Assembly (NCBI GenBank): GCA_964016885.1
Contig: OZ024753.1
Coordinates: forward strand, 24,862,001 to 24,926,000
Source of the DNA: Eledone cirrhosa
Lineage: Eukaryota
Direction of reading: 5' to 3'
DNA: 64,000 nt
Both the position numbers and the translations under genes were made by a program. Position 1 is the first letter of the stretch, and every line of letters starts with the position of its first letter. Under the pieces are notes generated by a model. That model had not been told where the DNA came from and did not search any database. It saw only the letters and a program-made list of their open reading frames with translations. Positions 30,801 through 48,300 of the stretch are shown here, one piece after another.

Positions 30801-33800
30801 ATAGTAATAACTCCAACCAAGATATAGAAACAGGATAGTAATAACTCCAACCAAACATAGAAACAGGATAGAAATAACTCCAGCCAAGATATAGTAACAG
30901 GATAGTAATAACTCCAGACAAGACATAGAAACAAGATAGTAATAACTCTAACCAAGACATAGAGACATGATAGTGATAACTCCAGAAAAGATATAGAAAC
31001 AAGATAGTAATAACTCCAGACAAGATATAGAAACAAGATAGTAATAACTCCAACCAAGATATAGAAACAAGATAGTAATAACTCCAACCAAGATATAGAA
31101 ACAAGATAGTAATAACTCCAGCCAAGATATAGAAACATGATAGTAATAACTCCAGCCAAGATATAGAAACAAGATAGTAATAACTCCAGTCAAGATATAG
31201 AAATATGATAGTAATAACTCTAACCAAGACATAGAGACATGATAGTGATAACTCCAGAAAAGATATAGAAAGAAGATAGTAATAACTCCAGACAAGATAT
31301 AGAAACATGATAGTAATAACTCCAGCCAAGACATAGAAACTTCATAGTAATAACTCCAACCAAGACATAGAAACATGATAATAATAACTCCAGTCAAGAC
31401 ATAGAAACATGATAGTAATAACTCCAGTCAAGACATAGAAACATGATAGTAATAACTCCAACCAACATATAGAAACATGATAGTAATAACGCCAGTCAAG
31501 ATATAGAAACATGATAGTAATAACTCCAGCCAAGACATAGAAACATGATAGTAATAACTCCAGCCAAGACATAGAAACATGATAGTAATAACTCCCGCCA
31601 AGATATAGAAACATGATAGTAATAACTCGAGTCAAGAGATAGAAGCATGATAGTAATAACTCAAGTCAAGACTTAGAAACATGATAGTAATAACTCCAGT
31701 CAAGATATAGAAACATGATAGTAATAACCCCAATCAAGTTATAGAAACATGATAGTAATAACTCCAACCAAGACAGAGAAACATGATAGTAATAACTCCA
31801 ACCAAAATATAGAAACAGGATAGTAATAACTCTAACCAAGACATAGAAACAGGATAGTAATAACTCCAAACTAAATATGGAAACATGATAGTAATAACTC
31901 CAATCAAGACATAGAAACAGGATAGTAATAACTCCTACCAAGACATAGAAACAGGATAGTAATAACTCCAACCAAGACATAGAAACAGGATAGTAATAAC
32001 TCCAGCCAAGATATAGAAACAGTATAGTAATAACTCCAACCAAGACATAGAAACAGGATAGTAATAACTCCAACCAAGACATAGAAACAGGATAGTAATA
32101 ACTCCCGCCAAGATATAGAAACATGATAGTAATAACTCCAGTCAAGAGATAGAAACATGATAGTAATAACTCCAGTCTAGACATAGAAACATGATAGTAA
32201 TAACTCCAACCAAGACATAGAAACATGATAGTAATAACTCCAACCAAAATATAGAAACATCATAGTAACAACTCCAACCAAGAAATAGAAACATGATAGT
32301 AATAACTCCAACCAAAATATAGAAACATGATAGTAATAACTCCAACCAAGACATAGAAACATGATAGTAATAACTCCAACCAAGACATAGAAACAGGATA
32401 GTAATAACTCCAACCAAGATATAGAAATAGGATAGTAATAACTCCAACCAAAATATTGAAACATGATAGTAATAACTCCAGCCAAGATATAGAAACATGA
32501 TAGTAATAACTCCAACCAAGATATAGAAACAGGATAGTAATAACTCCAACCAAGACATAGAAACAGGATAGTAATAACTCCAGACAAGACATAGAAACAG
32601 GATAGTAATAACTCCAGACAAGACATAGAAACAGGATAGTAATAACTCCAGACAAGACATAGAAACATGATAGTAATAACTCCAACCAAGATATAGAAAC
32701 ATGATAATAATATCTCCAACCAAGACATAGAAACAGGATAGTAATAACTCCAGCAAAGACATAGAAGCAGGATAGTAATAACTCCAGACAAGACTGAGAA
32801 ACATGATAATAATAACTCCAACCAAGACATAGAAACATGATAGTAATAACCCCAATCATGACATAAAAACATGATAATAATAACTTCAGTCAAGATATAG
32901 AAACATGATAGTAATAACTCCAGTCAAGATATAGAAACATGATAATAATAACTCCAGCCAAGACATAGAAACATGATAGTAATAACTCCAGCCAACACAT
33001 AGAAACATGATAGTAATAACTCCCACCAAGATATAGAAACATGATAGTAATAACTCCAGTCAAGACATAGAAACATGATAGTAATAACTCCAACCAAGAC
33101 ATAGAAACATGATAGTAATAACTCCAACCAAAATATAGAAACAGGATAGTAATAACTCTAACCAAGATATAGAAACATGATAGTAATAACTCCAACCAAG
33201 TCATAGAAACATGATAGTAATAACTCCAACCAAGACATAGAAACAGGATAGTAATAACTCCAACCAAGATATAGAAATAGGATAGTAATAACTCCAACCA
33301 AAATATTGATACATGATAGTAATAACTCCAACCAAGACATAGAAACAGGATAGTAATAACTCCAACCAAGATATAGAAATAGGATAATAATAACTCCAAC
33401 CAAAATATTGATACATGATAGTAATAACTCCAACCAAGACATAGAAACAGGATAGTAATAACTCTAACCAAGACATAGAAACAGGATAGTAATAACTCCA
33501 AACTAAATATGGAAACATGATAGTAATAACTCCAATCAAGACATAGTTACAGGATAGTAATAACTCCTACCAAGACATAGAAACAGGATAGTAATAACTC
33601 CAACCAAGACATAGAAACAGGATAGTAATAACTCCAGCCAAGATATAGAAACAGTATAGTAATAACTCCAACCAAGACATAGAAACAGGATAGTAATAAC
33701 TCCAACCAAGACATAGAAACAGGATAGTAATAACTCCAGCCAAGATATAGAAACAAGATAGTAATAACTCCAACCAAGACATAGAAACATGATAGTAATA

Positions 33801-35853
33801 ACTCCAACCAAGATATAGAAACAGGATAGTAATAACTCAAACCAAGATATAGAAACAGGATAGTAATAACTCCAACCAAGACATAGAAACAGGATAGTAA
33901 TAACTCCAGCCAAGATATAGAAACAGGATAGTAATAACTCCAACCAAGACATAGAAACAGGATAGTAATAACTCCAGTCAAGACATAGAAACAGGATAGT
34001 AACAACTCCAGCCAAGATATAGAAACAGGATAGTAATAACTCCAGTCAAGACATAGAAACATGATAGTAATAACTCCAGTCAAGACATAGAAACATGATA
34101 GTAATAACTCCAGTCAAGACATAGAAACAGGATAGTAATAACTCCAGTCAAGACATAGAAACATGATAGTAATAACTCCAACCAAGTCATAGAAACAGGA
34201 TAGTAATAACTCCAGTCAAGACATAGAAACAGGATAGTAATAACTCCAGTCAAGACATAGAAACATTATAGTAATAACACCAACCAAGACATAGGAACAG
34301 GATAGTAATAACTCCAGTCAAGACATAGAAACAGGATAGTAATAACTCCAGTCAAGACATAGAAACATGATAGTAATAACTCCAACCAAGTCATAGAAAC
34401 AGGATAGTAATAACTCCAGTCAAGACATAGAAACATGATAGTAATAACTCCAGTCAAGACATAGAAACAGGATAGTAATAACTCCAACCAAGATATAGAA
34501 ACAGGATAGTAATAACTCCAGTCAAGACATAGAAACAGGATAGTAATAACTCCAACTAAGACATAGAAACATGATAGTAATAACTCCAACCAAGATATAG
34601 AAACAGGATAGTAATAACTCCAGTCAAGACATAGAAACATGATAGTAATAACTCCAGTCAAGACATAGAAACAGGATAGTAATAACTCCAACCAAGATTT
34701 AGAAACAGGATAGTAATAACTCCAGTCAAGACATAGAAACATGATAGTAATAACTCCAGCCAAGACATAGAAACATGATAGTAATAACTCCCGCCAAGAT
34801 ATAGAAACATGATAGTAATAACTCGAGTCAAGAGATAGAAACATGATAGTAATAACTCAAGTCAAGACATAGAAACATGATAGTAATAACTCCAGTCAAG
34901 ATATAGAAACATGATAGTAATAACCCCAATCAAGTTATAGAAACATGATAGTAATAACTCCAACCAAGACAGAGAAACATGATAGTAATAACTCCAACCA
35001 AGACATAGAAACAGGATAGTAATAACTCCAAGCAAGACATAGAAACATGATAGTAATAACTCCAACCTAGATATAGAAACATGATAGTAATAACTCCAAC
35101 CAAGACATAGAAACATGATAGTAATAACTCCAGCCAAGACATAGAAACATGATAGTAATAACTCCAACCAAGACATAGAAACATAATAGTAATAACTCCA
35201 ACCAAGATATAGAAACATGATAGTAATAACTCTAGCCAAGATATAGAAACATGATAGTAATAACTCCAGTCAAGATATAGTAACATGATAGTAATAACTC
35301 CAGTCAAGATATAGAAACATGATAGTAATAGCTCCAACCAAGACATAGAAACATGATAGTAATAACTCCAACCAAGATATAGAAACAGGATAGTAATAAC
35401 TCCAACCAAACATAGAAACAGGATAGAAATAACTCCAGCCAAGATATAGTAACAGGATAGTAATAACTCCAGACAAGACATAGAAACAAGATAGTAATAA
35501 CTCTAACCAAGACATAGAGACATGATAGTGATAACTCCAGAAAAGATATAGAAACAAGATAGTAATAACTCCAGACAAGATATAGAAACAAGATAGTAAT
35601 AACTCCAACCAAGATATAGAAACAAGATAGTAATAACTCCAACCAAGATATAGAAACAAGATAGTAATAACTCCAGCCAAGATATAGAAACATGATAGTA
35701 ATAACTCCAGCCAAGATATAGAAACAAGATAGTAATAACTCCAGTCAAGATATAGAAATATGATAGTAATAACTCTAACCAAGACATAGAGACATGATAG
35801 TGATAACTCCAGAAAAGATATAGAAAGAAGATAGTAATAACTCCAGACAAGAT
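26744..35853 (+). repeat. Tandem duplication, unit 4555 bp (134 monomers minus one deletion); junction at about 31299-31307
   Basis: CTCGAG at 27071/31626 and 30267/34822; identical ORF pairs 27111/31666, 28335/32890, 29711/34266 and 30749/35304. Confidence 0.92.
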
Positions 35854-38800
35854 ATAGAAACAAGATAGTAATAACTCCAACCAAGATATAGAAACAAGAT
35901 AGTAATAACTCCAACCAAGATATAGAAACAAGATAGTAATTACTCCAGCCAAGATATAGAAACATGATAGTAATAATTCCAGTCAAGATATAGAAATATG
36001 ATAGTAATAACTCTAACCAAGACATAGAGACATGATAGTAATAACTCCAACCAAGACATATAAACAGTATAGTAATAACTCCAGATAAGACAGAGAAACA
36101 TGATAGTAATAACTCCAGACAAGATATAGAAACATGATAATAATAACTCCAGCCAAGACATAGAAACATGATAGTAATAACTCCAGCCAACACATAGAAA
36201 CATGATAGTAATAACTCCCACCAAGATATAGAAACATGATAGTAATAACTCCAGTCAAGACATAGAAACATGATAGTAATAACTCCAACCAAGACATAGA
36301 AACATGATAGTAATAACTCCAACCAAAATATAGAAACAGGATAGTAATAACTCTAACCAAGATATAGAAACATGATAGTAATAACTCCAACCAAGTCATA
36401 GAAACATGATAGTAATAACTCCAACCAAGACATAGAAACAGGATAGTAATAACTCCAACCAAGATATAGAAATAGGATAGTAATAACTCCAACCAAAATA
36501 TTGATACATGATAGTAATAACTCCAACCAAGACATAGAAACAGGATAGTAATAACTCCAACCAAGATATAGAAATAGGATAATAATAACTCCAACCAAAA
36601 TATTGATACATGATAGTAATAACTCCAACCAAGACATAGAAACAGGATAGTAATAACTCTAACCAAGACATAGAAACAGGATAGTAATAACTCCAAACTA
36701 AATATGGAAACATGATAGTAATAACTCCAATCAAGACATAGTTACAGGATAGTAATAACTCCTACCAAGACATAGAAACAGGATAGTAATAACTCCAACC
36801 AAGACATAGAAACAGGATAGTAATAACTCCAGCCAAGATATAGAAACAGTATAGTAATAACTCCAACCAAGACATAGAAACAGGATAGTAATAACTCCAA
36901 CCAAGACATAGAAACAGGATAGTAATAACTCCAGCCAAGATATAGAAACAAGATAGTAATAACTCCAACCAAGACATAGAAACATGATAGTAATAACTCC
37001 AACCAAGATATAGAAACAGGATAGTAATAACTCAAACCAAGATATAGAAACAGGATAGTAATAACTCCAACCAAGACATAGAAACAGGATAGTAATAACT
37101 CCAGCCAAGATATAGAAACAGGATAGTAATAACTCCAACCAAGACATAGAAACAGGATAGTAATAACTCCAGTCAAGACATAGAAACAGGATAGTAACAA
37201 CTCCAGCCAAGATATAGAAACAGGATAGTAATAACTCCAGTCAAGACATAGAAACATGATAGTAATAACTCCAGTCAAGACATAGAAACATGATAGTAAT
37301 AACTCCAGTCAAGACATAGAAACAGGATAGTAATAACTCCAGTCAAGACATAGAAACATGATAGTAATAACTCCAACCAAGTCATAGAAACAGGATAGTA
37401 ATAACTCCAGTCAAGACATAGAAACAGGATAGTAATAACTCCAGTCAAGACATAGAAACATTATAGTAATAACACCAACCAAGACATAGGAACAGGATAG
37501 TAATAACTCCAGTCAAGACATAGAAACAGGATAGTAATAACTCCAGTCAAGACATAGAAACATGATAGTAATAACTCCAACCAAGTCATAGAAACAGGAT
37601 AGTAATAACTCCAGTCAAGACATAGAAACATGATAGTAATAACTCCAGTCAAGACATAGAAACAGGATAGTAATAACTCCAACCAAGATATAGAAACAGG
37701 ATAGTAATAACTCCAGTCAAGACATAGAAACAGGATAGTAATAACTCCAACTAAGACATAGAAACATGATAGTAATAACTCCAACCAAGATATAGAAACA
37801 GGATAGTAATAACTCCAGTCAAGACATAGAAACATGATAGTAATAACTCCAGTCAAGACATAGAAACAGGATAGTAATAACTCCAACCAAGATTTAGAAA
37901 CAGGATAGTAATAACTCCAGTCAAGACATAGAAACATGATAGTAATAACTCCAGCCAAGACATAGAAACATGATAGTAATAACTCCCGCCAAGATATAGA
38001 AACATGATAGTAATAACTCGAGTCAAGAGATAGAAACATGATAGTAATAACTCAAGTCAAGACATAGAAACATGATAGTAATAACTCCAGTCAAGATATA
38101 GAAACATGATAGTAATAACCCCAATCAAGTTATAGAAACATGATAGTAATAACTCCAACCAAGACAGAGAAACATGATAGTAATAACTCCAACCAAGACA
38201 TAGAAACAGGATAGTAATAACTCCAAGCAAGACATAGAAACATGATAGTAATAACTCCAACCTAGATATAGAAACATGATAGTAATAACTCCAACCAAGA
38301 CATAGAAACATGATAGTAATAACTCCAGCCAAGACATAGAAACATGATAGTAATAACTCCAACCAAGACATAGAAACATAATAGTAATAACTCCAACCAA
38401 GATATAGAAACATGATAGTAATAACTCTAGCCAAGATATAGAAACATGATAGTAATAACTCCAGTCAAGATATAGTAACATGATAGTAATAACTCCAGTC
38501 AAGATATAGAAACATGATAGTAATAGCTCCAACCAAGACATAGAAACATGATAGTAATAACTCCAACCAAGATATAGAAACAGGATAGTAATAACTCCAA
38601 CCAAACATAGAAACAGGATAGAAATAACTCCAGCCAAGATATAGTAACAGGATAGTAATAACTCCAGACAAGACATAGAAACAAGATAGTAATAACTCTA
38701 ACCAAGACATAGAGACATGATAGTGATAACTCCAGAAAAGATATAGAAACAAGATAGTAATAACTCCAGACAAGATATAGAAACAAGATAGTAATAACTC

Positions 38801-39314
38801 CAACCAAGATATAGAAACAAGATAGTAATAACTCCAACCAAGATATAGAAACAAGATAGTAATAACTCCAGCCAAGATATAGAAACATGATAGTAATAAC
38901 TCCAGCCAAGATATAGAAACAAGATAGTAATAACTCCAGTCAAGATATAGAAATATGATAGTAATAACTCTAACCAAGACATAGAGACATGATAGTGATA
39001 ACTCCAGAAAAGATATAGAAAGAAGATAGTAATAACTCCAGACAAGATATAGAAACAAGATAGTAATAACTCCAACCAAGATATAGAAACAAGATAGTAA
39101 TAACTCCAACCAAGATATAGAAACAAGATAGTAATTACTCCAGCCAAGATATAGAAACATGATAGTAATAATTCCAGTCAAGATATAGAAATATGATAGT
39201 AATAACTCTAACCAAGACATAGAGACATGATAGTAATAACTCCAACCAAGACATATAAACAGTATAGTAATAACTCCAGATAAGACAGAGAAACATGATA
39301 GTAATAACTCCAGA
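32925..39314 (+). repeat. Tandem duplication, unit 3195 bp (94 monomers minus one deletion); junction at about 36120-36132
   Basis: CTCGAG at 34822/38017; identical ORF pairs 33536/36731, 34266/37461 and 35304/38499. Confidence 0.92.
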
Positions 39315-42300
39315 CAAGATATAGAAAGATGATAGTAATAACTCCAACCAAGACAGAGAAACATGATAGTAATAACTCCAGCCAAGATATAGAAACAGGA
39401 TAGTAATAACTCCAACCAAACATAGAAACAGGATAATAATAACTCCAGCGAAGACATAGAAACATGATAGTAATAACTCCAACCAAGACATAGAAACATG
39501 ATAGTAATAACTCCAACCAAGATATAGAAACAGGATAGTAATAACTCCAACCAAGACATAGAAACAGGATAGTAATAACTCCAGTCAAGATATAGAAACA
39601 TGAGAGTAATAACTCCAACCAAGATATAGAAACATGATAGTAATAACTCCAACCAAGACATAGAAACAGGATAGTAATAACTCCAACCAAGACATAGAAA
39701 CATGATAGTAATAACTCCAACCAAGATATAGAAACATGATAGTAATAACTCCAACCAAGACATAGAAACATGATAGTAATAACTCCAGCCAAGACATAGA
39801 AACTTCATAGTAATAACTCCAACCAAGACATAGAAACATGATAATAATAACTCCAGTCAAGACATAGAAACATGATAGTAATAACTCCAGTCAAGACATA
39901 GAAACATGATAGTAATAACTCCAACCAACATATAGAAACATGATAGTAATAACGCCAGTCAAGATATAGAAACATGATAGTAATAACTCCAGCCAAGACA
40001 TAGAAACATGATAGTAATAACTCCAGCCAAGACATAGAAACATGATAGTAATAACTCCCGCCAAGATATAGAAACATGATAGTAATAACTCGAGTCAAGA
40101 GATAGAAGCATGATAGTAATAACTCAAGTCAAGACTTAGAAACATGATAGTAATAACTCCAGTCAAGATATAGAAACATGATAGTAATAACCCCAATCAA
40201 GTTATAGAAACATGATAGTAATAACTCCAACCAAGACAGAGAAACATGATAGTAATAACTCCAACCAAAATATAGAAACAGGATAGTAATAACTCTAACC
40301 AAGACATAGAAACAGGATAGTAATAACTCCAAACTAAATATGGAAACATGATAGTAATAACTCCAATCAAGACATAGAAACAGGATAGTAATAACTCCTA
40401 CCAAGACATAGAAACAGGATAGTAATAACTCCAACCAAGACATAGAAACAGGATAGTAATAACTCCAGCCAAGATATAGAAACAGTATAGTAATAACTCC
40501 AACCAAGACATAGAAACAGGATAGTAATAACTCCAACCAAGACATAGAAACAGGATAGTAATAACTCCCGCCAAGATATAGAAACATGATAGTAATAACT
40601 CCAGTCAAGAGATAGAAACATGATAGAAATAACTCCAGTCAAGACATAGAAACATGATAGTAATAACTCCAACCAAGACATAGAAACATGATAGTAATAA
40701 CTCCAACCAAAATATAGAAACATGATAGTAACAACTCCAACCAAGAAATAGAAACATGATAGTAATAACTCCAACCAAAATATAGAAACATGATAGTAAT
40801 AACTCCAACCAAGACATAGAAACATGATAGTAATAACTCCAACCAAGACATAGAAACAGGATAGTAATAACTCCAACCAAGATATAGAAATAGGATAGTA
40901 ATAACTCCAACCAAAATATTGAAACATGATAGTAATAACTCCAACCAAGATATAGAAACATGATAGTAATAACTCCAACCAAGATATAGAAACAGGATAG
41001 TAATAACTCCAACCAAGACATAGAAACAGGATAGTAATAACTCCAGACAAGACATAGAAACAGGATAGTAATAACTCCAGACAAGACATAGAAACAGGAT
41101 AGTAATAACTCCAGACAAGACATAGAAACATGATAGTAATAACTCCAACCAAGATATAGAAACATGATAATAATATCTCCAACCAAGAGATAGAAACAGG
41201 ATAGTAATAACTCCAGCAAAGACATAGAAGCAGGATAGTAATAACTCCAGACAAGACTGAGAAACATGATAATAATAACTCCAACCAAGACATAGAAACA
41301 TGATAGTAATAACCCCAATCATGACATAAAAACATGATAATAATAACTTCAGTCAAGATATAGAAACATGATAGTAATAACTCCAGTCAAGATATAGAAA
41401 CATGATAATAATAACTCCAGCCAAGACATAGAAACATGATAGTAATAACTCCAGCCAACACATAGAAACATGATAGTAATAACTCCCACCAAGATATAGA
41501 AACATGATAGTAATAACTCCAGTCAAGACATAGAAACATGATAGTAATAACTCCAGTCAAGATATAGAAACATGATAGTAATAACCCCAATCAAGTTATA
41601 GAAACATGATAGTAATAACTCCAACCAAGACATAGAAACATGATAGTAATAACTCCAACCAAAATATAGAAACAGGATAGTAATAACTCTAACCAAGATA
41701 TAGAAACATGATAGTAATAACTCCAACCAAAATATAGAAACATGATAGTAGTAACTCCAACCAAGACATAGAAACATGATAGTAATAACTCCAACCAAGA
41801 CATAGAAACAGGATAGTAATAACTCCAACCAAGATATAGAAATAGGATAGTAATAACTCCAACCAAAATATTGATACATGATAGTAATAACTCCAACCAA
41901 GACATAGAAACAGGATAGTAATAACTCCAACCAAGATATAGAAATAGGATAATAATAACTCCAACCAAAATATTGATACATGATAGTAATAACTCCAACC
42001 AAGACATAGAAACAGGATAGTAATAACTCTAACCAAGACATAGAAACAGGATAGTAATAACTCCAAACTAAATATGGAAACATGATAGTAATAACTCCAA
42101 TCAAGACATAGTTACAGGATAGTAATAACTCCTACCAAGACATAGAAACAGGATAGTAATAACTCCAACCAAGACATAGAAACAGGATAGTAATAACTCC
42201 AGCCAAGATATAGAAACAGTATAGTAATAACTCCAACCAAGACATAGAAACAGGATAGTAATAACTCCAACCAAGACATAGAAACAGGATAGTAATAACT

Positions 42301-45300
42301 CCAGCCAAGATATAGAAACAAGATAGTAATAACTCCAACCAAGACATAGAAACATGATAGTAATAACTCCAACCAAGATATAGAAACAGGATAGTAATAA
42401 CTCAAACCAAGATATAGAAACAGGATAGTAATAACTCCAACCAAGACATAGAAACAGGATAGTAATAACTCCAGCCAAGATATAGAAACAGGATAGTAAT
42501 AACTCCAACCAAGACATAGAAACAGGATAGTAATAACTCCAGTCAAGACATAGAAACAGGATAGTAACAACTCCAGCCAAGATATAGAAACAGGATAGTA
42601 ATAACTCCAGTCAAGACATAGAAACATGATAGTAATAACTCCAGTCAAGACATAGAAACATGATAGTAATAACTCCAGTCAAGACATAGAAACAGGATAG
42701 TAATAACTCCAGTCAAGACATAGAAACATGATAGTAATAACTCCAACCAAGTCATAGAAACATGATAGTAATAACTCCAGTCAAGACATAGAAACATAAT
42801 AGTAATAACTCCAACCAAGATATAGAAACATGATAGTAATAACGCCAGTCAAGACATAGAAACATGATAGTAATAACTCCAGTCAAGATATAGAAACATG
42901 ATAGTAATAACTCCAACCAAGACATATAAACAGGATAGTAATAACTCTAGCCAAGATATAGAAACATGATAGTAATAACTCCAGTCAAGATATAGTAACA
43001 TGATAGTAATAACTCCAGTCAAGATATAGAAACATGATAGTAATAGCTCCAACCAAGACATAGAAACATGATAGTAATAACTCCAACCAAGATATAGAAA
43101 CAGGATAGTAATAACTCCAACCAAACATAGAAACAGGATAGTAATAACTCCAGCCAAGATATAGTAACAGGATAGTAATAACTCCAGACAAGACATAGAA
43201 ACAAGATAGTAATAACTCTAACCAAGACATAGAGACATGATAGTGATAACTCCAGAAAAGATATAGAAACAAGATAGTAATAACTCCAGACAAGATATAG
43301 AAACAAGATAGTAATAACTCCAACCAAGATATAGAAACAAGATAGTAATAACTCCAACCAAGATATAGAAACAAGATAGTAATAACTCCAGCCAAGATAT
43401 AGAAACATGATAGTAATAACTCCAGCCAAGATATAGAAACAAGATAGTAATAACTCCAGTCAAGATATAGAAATATGATAGTAATAACTCTAACCAAGAC
43501 ATAGAGACATGATAGTGATAACTCCAGAAAAGATATAGAAAGAAGATAGTAATAACTCCAGACAAGATATAGAAACAAGATAGTAATAACTCCAACCAAG
43601 ATATAGAAACAAGATAGTAATTACTCCAGCCAAGATATAGAAACATGATAGTAATAACTCCAGTCAAGATATAGAAATATGATAGTAATAACTCTAACCA
43701 AGACATAGAGACATGATAGTAATAACTCCAACCAAGACATATAAACAGTATAGTAATAACTCCAGATAAGACAGAGAAACATGATAGTAATAACTCCAGA
43801 CAAGATATAGAAAGATGATAGTAATAACTCCAACCAAGACAGAGAAACATGATAGTAATAACTCCAGCCAAGATATAGAAACAGGATAGTAATAACTCCA
43901 ACCAAACATAGAAACAGGATAATAATAACTCCAGCGAAGACATAGAAACATGATAGTAATAACTCCAACCAAGACATAGAAACATGATAGTAATAACTCC
44001 AACCAAGATATAGAAACAGGATAGTAATAACTCCAACCAAGACATAGAAACAGGATAGTAATAACTCCAGTCAAGATATAGAAACATGGGAGTAATAACT
44101 CCAACCAAGATATAGAAACATGATAGTAATAACTCCAACCAAGACATAGAAACAGGATAGTAATAACTCCAACCAAGACATAGAAACATGATAGTAATAA
44201 CTCCAACCAAGATATAGAAACATGATAGTAATAACTCCAACCAAGACATAGAAACATGATAGTAATAACTCCAGCCAAGACATAGAAACTTCATAGTAAT
44301 AACTCCAACCAAGACATAGAAACATGATAATAATAACTCCAGTCAAGACATAGAAACATGATAGTAATAACTCCAGTCAAGACATAGAAACATGATAGTA
44401 ATAACTCCAACCAACATATAGAAACATGATAGTAATAACGCCAGTCAAGATATAGAAACATGATAGTAATAACTCCAGCCAAGACATAGAAACATGATAG
44501 TAATAACTCCAGCCAAGACATAGAAACATGATAGTAATAACTCCCGCCAAGATATAGAAACATGATAGTAATAACTCGAGTCAAGAGATAGAAGCATGAT
44601 AGTAATAACTCAAGTCAAGACTTAGAAACATGATAGTAATAACTCCAGTCAAGATATAGAAACATGATAGTAATAACCCCAATCAAGTTATAGAAACATG
44701 ATAGTAATAACTCCAACCAAGACAGAGAAACATGATAGTAATAACTCCAACCAAAATATAGAAACAGGATAGTAATAACTCTAACCAAGACATAGAAACA
44801 GGATAGTAATAACTCCAAACTAAATATGGAAACATGATAGTAATAACTCCAATCAAGACATAGAAACAGGATAGTAATAACTCCTACCAAGACATAGAAA
44901 CAGGATAGTAATAACTCCAACCAAGACATAGAAACAGGATAGTAATAACTCCAGCCAAGATATAGAAACAGTATAGTAATAACTCCAACCAAGACATACA
45001 AACAGGATAGTAATAACTCCAACCAAGACATAGAAACAGGATAGTAATAACTCCCGCCAAGATATAGAAACATGATAGTAATAACTCCAGTCAAGAGATA
45101 GAAACATGATAGTAATAACTCCAGTCTAGACATAGAAACATGATAGTAATAACTCCAACCAAGACATAGAAACATGATAGTAATAACTCCAACCAAAATA
45201 TAGAAACATCATAGTAACAACTCCAACCAAGAAATAGAAACATGATAGTAATAACTCCAACCAAAATATAGAAACATGATAGTAATAACTCCAACCAAGA

Positions 45301-48300
45301 CATAGAAACATGATAGTAATAACTCCAACCAAGACATAGAAACAGGATAGTAATAACTCCAACCAAGATATAGAAATAGGATAGTAATAACTCCAACCAA
45401 AATATTGAAACATGATAGTAATAACTCCAGCCAAGATATAGAAACATGATAGTAATAACTCCAACCAAGATATAGAAACAGGATAGTAATAACTCCAACC
45501 AAGACATAGAAACAGGATAGTAATAACTCCAGACAAGACATAGAAACAGGATAGTAATAACTCCAGACAAGACATAGAAACAGGATAGTAATAACTCCAG
45601 ACAAGACATAGAAACATGATAGTAATAACTCCAACCAAGATATAGAAACATGATAATAATATCTCCAACCAAGACATAGAAACAGGATAGTAATAACTCC
45701 AGCAAAGACATAGAAGCAGGATAGTAATAACTCCAGACAAGACTGAGAAACATGATAATAATAACTCCAACCAAGACATAGAAACATGATAGTAATAACC
45801 CCAATCATGACATAAAAACATGATAATAATAACTTCAGTCAAGATATAGAAACATGATAGTAATAACTCCAGTCAAGATATAGAAACATGATAATAATAA
45901 CTCCAGCCAAGACATAGAAACATGATAGTAATAACTCCAGCCAACACATAGAAACATGATAGTAATAACTCCCACCAAGATATAGAAACATGATAGTAAT
46001 AACTCCAGTCAAGACATAGAAACATGATAGTAATAACTCCAACCAAGACATAGAAACATGATAGTAATAACTCCAACCAAAATATAGAAACAGGATAGTA
46101 ATAACTCTAACCAAGATATAGAAACATGATAGTAATAACTCCAACCAAGTCATAGAAACATGATAGTAATAACTCCAACCAAGACATAGAAACAGGATAG
46201 TAATAACTCCAACCAAGATATAGAAATAGGATAGTAATAACTCCAACCAAAATATTGATACATGATAGTAATAACTCCAACCAAGACATAGAAACAGGAT
46301 AGTAATAACTCCAACCAAGATATAGAAATAGGATAATAATAACTCCAACCAAAATATTGATACATGATAGTAATAACTCCAACCAAGACATAGAAACAGG
46401 ATAGTAATAACTCTAACCAAGACATAGAAACAGGATAGTAATAACTCCAAACTAAATATGGAAACATGATAGTAATAACTCCAATCAAGACATAGTTACA
46501 GGATAGTAATAACTCCTACCAAGACATAGAAACAGGATAGTAATAACTCCAACCAAGACATAGAAACAGGATAGTAATAACTCCAGCCAAGATATAGAAA
46601 CAGTATAGTAATAACTCCAACCAAGACATAGAAACAGGATAGTAATAACTCCAACCAAGACATAGAAACAGGATAGTAATAACTCCAGCCAAGATATAGA
46701 AACAAGATAGTAATAACTCCAACCAAGACATAGAAACATGATAGTAATAACTCCAACCAAGATATAGAAACAGGATAGTAATAACTCAAACCAAGATATA
46801 GAAACAGGATAGTAATAACTCCAACCAAGACATAGAAACAGGATAGTAATAACTCCAGCCAAGATATAGAAACAGGATAGTAATAACTCCAACCAAGACA
46901 TAGAAACAGGATAGTAATAACTCCAGTCAAGACATAGAAACAGGATAGTAACAACTCCAGCCAAGATATAGAAACAGGATAGTAATAACTCCAGTCAAGA
47001 CATAGAAACATGATAGTAATAACTCCAGTCAAGACATAGAAACATGATAGTAATAACTCCAGTCAAGACATAGAAACAGGATAGTAATAACTCCAGTCAA
47101 GACATAGAAACATGATAGTAATAGCTCCAACCAAGTCATAGAAACAGGATAGTAATAACTCCAGTCAAGACATAGAAACAGGATAGTAATAACTCCAGTC
47201 AAGACATAGAAACATTATAGTAATAACACCAACCAAGACATAGGAACAGGATAGTAATAACTCCAGTCAAGACATAGAAACAGGATAGTAATAACTCCAG
47301 TCAAGACATAGAAACAGGATAGTAATAACTCCAACTAAGACATAGAAACATGATAGTAATAACTCCAACCAAGATATAGAAACAGGATAGTAATAACTCC
47401 AGTCAAGACAGAGAAACATGATAGTAATAACTCCAACCAAGACATAGAAACAGGATAGTAATAACTCCAAGCAAGACATAGAAACATGATAGTAATAACT
47501 CCAACCTAGATATAGAAACATGATAGTAATAACTCCAACCAAGACATAGAAACATGATAGTAATAACTCCAGCCAAGACATAGAAACATGATAGTAATAA
47601 CTCCAACCAAGACATAGAAACATGATAATAATAACTCCAGTCAAGACATAGAAACATGATAGTAATAACTCCAGTCAAGACATAGAAACATAATAGTAAT
47701 AACTCCAACCAAGATATAGAAACATGATAGTAATAACTCTAGCCAAGATATAGAAACATGATAGTAATAACTCCAGTCAAGATATAGTAACATGATAGTA
47801 ATAACTCCAGTCAAGATATAGAAACATGATAGTAATAGCTCCAACCAAGACATAGAAACATGATAGTAATAACTCCAACCAAGATATAGAAACAGGATAG
47901 TAATAACTCCAACCAAACATAGAAACAGGATAGAAATAACTCCAGCCAAGATATAGTAACAGGATAGTAATAACTCCAGACAAGACATAGAAACAAGATA
48001 GTAATAACTCTAACCAAGACATAGAGACATGATAGTGATAACTCCAGAAAAGATATAGAAACAAGATAGTAATAACTCCAGACAAGATATAGAAACAAGA
48101 TAGTAATAACTCCAACCAAGATATAGAAACAAGATAGTAATAACTCCAACCAAGATATAGAAACAAGATAGTAATAACTCCAGCCAAGATATAGAAACAT
48201 GATAGTAATAACTCCAGCCAAGATATAGAAACAAGATAGTAATAACTCCAGTCAAGATATAGAAATATGATAGTAATAACTCTAACCAAGACATAGAGAC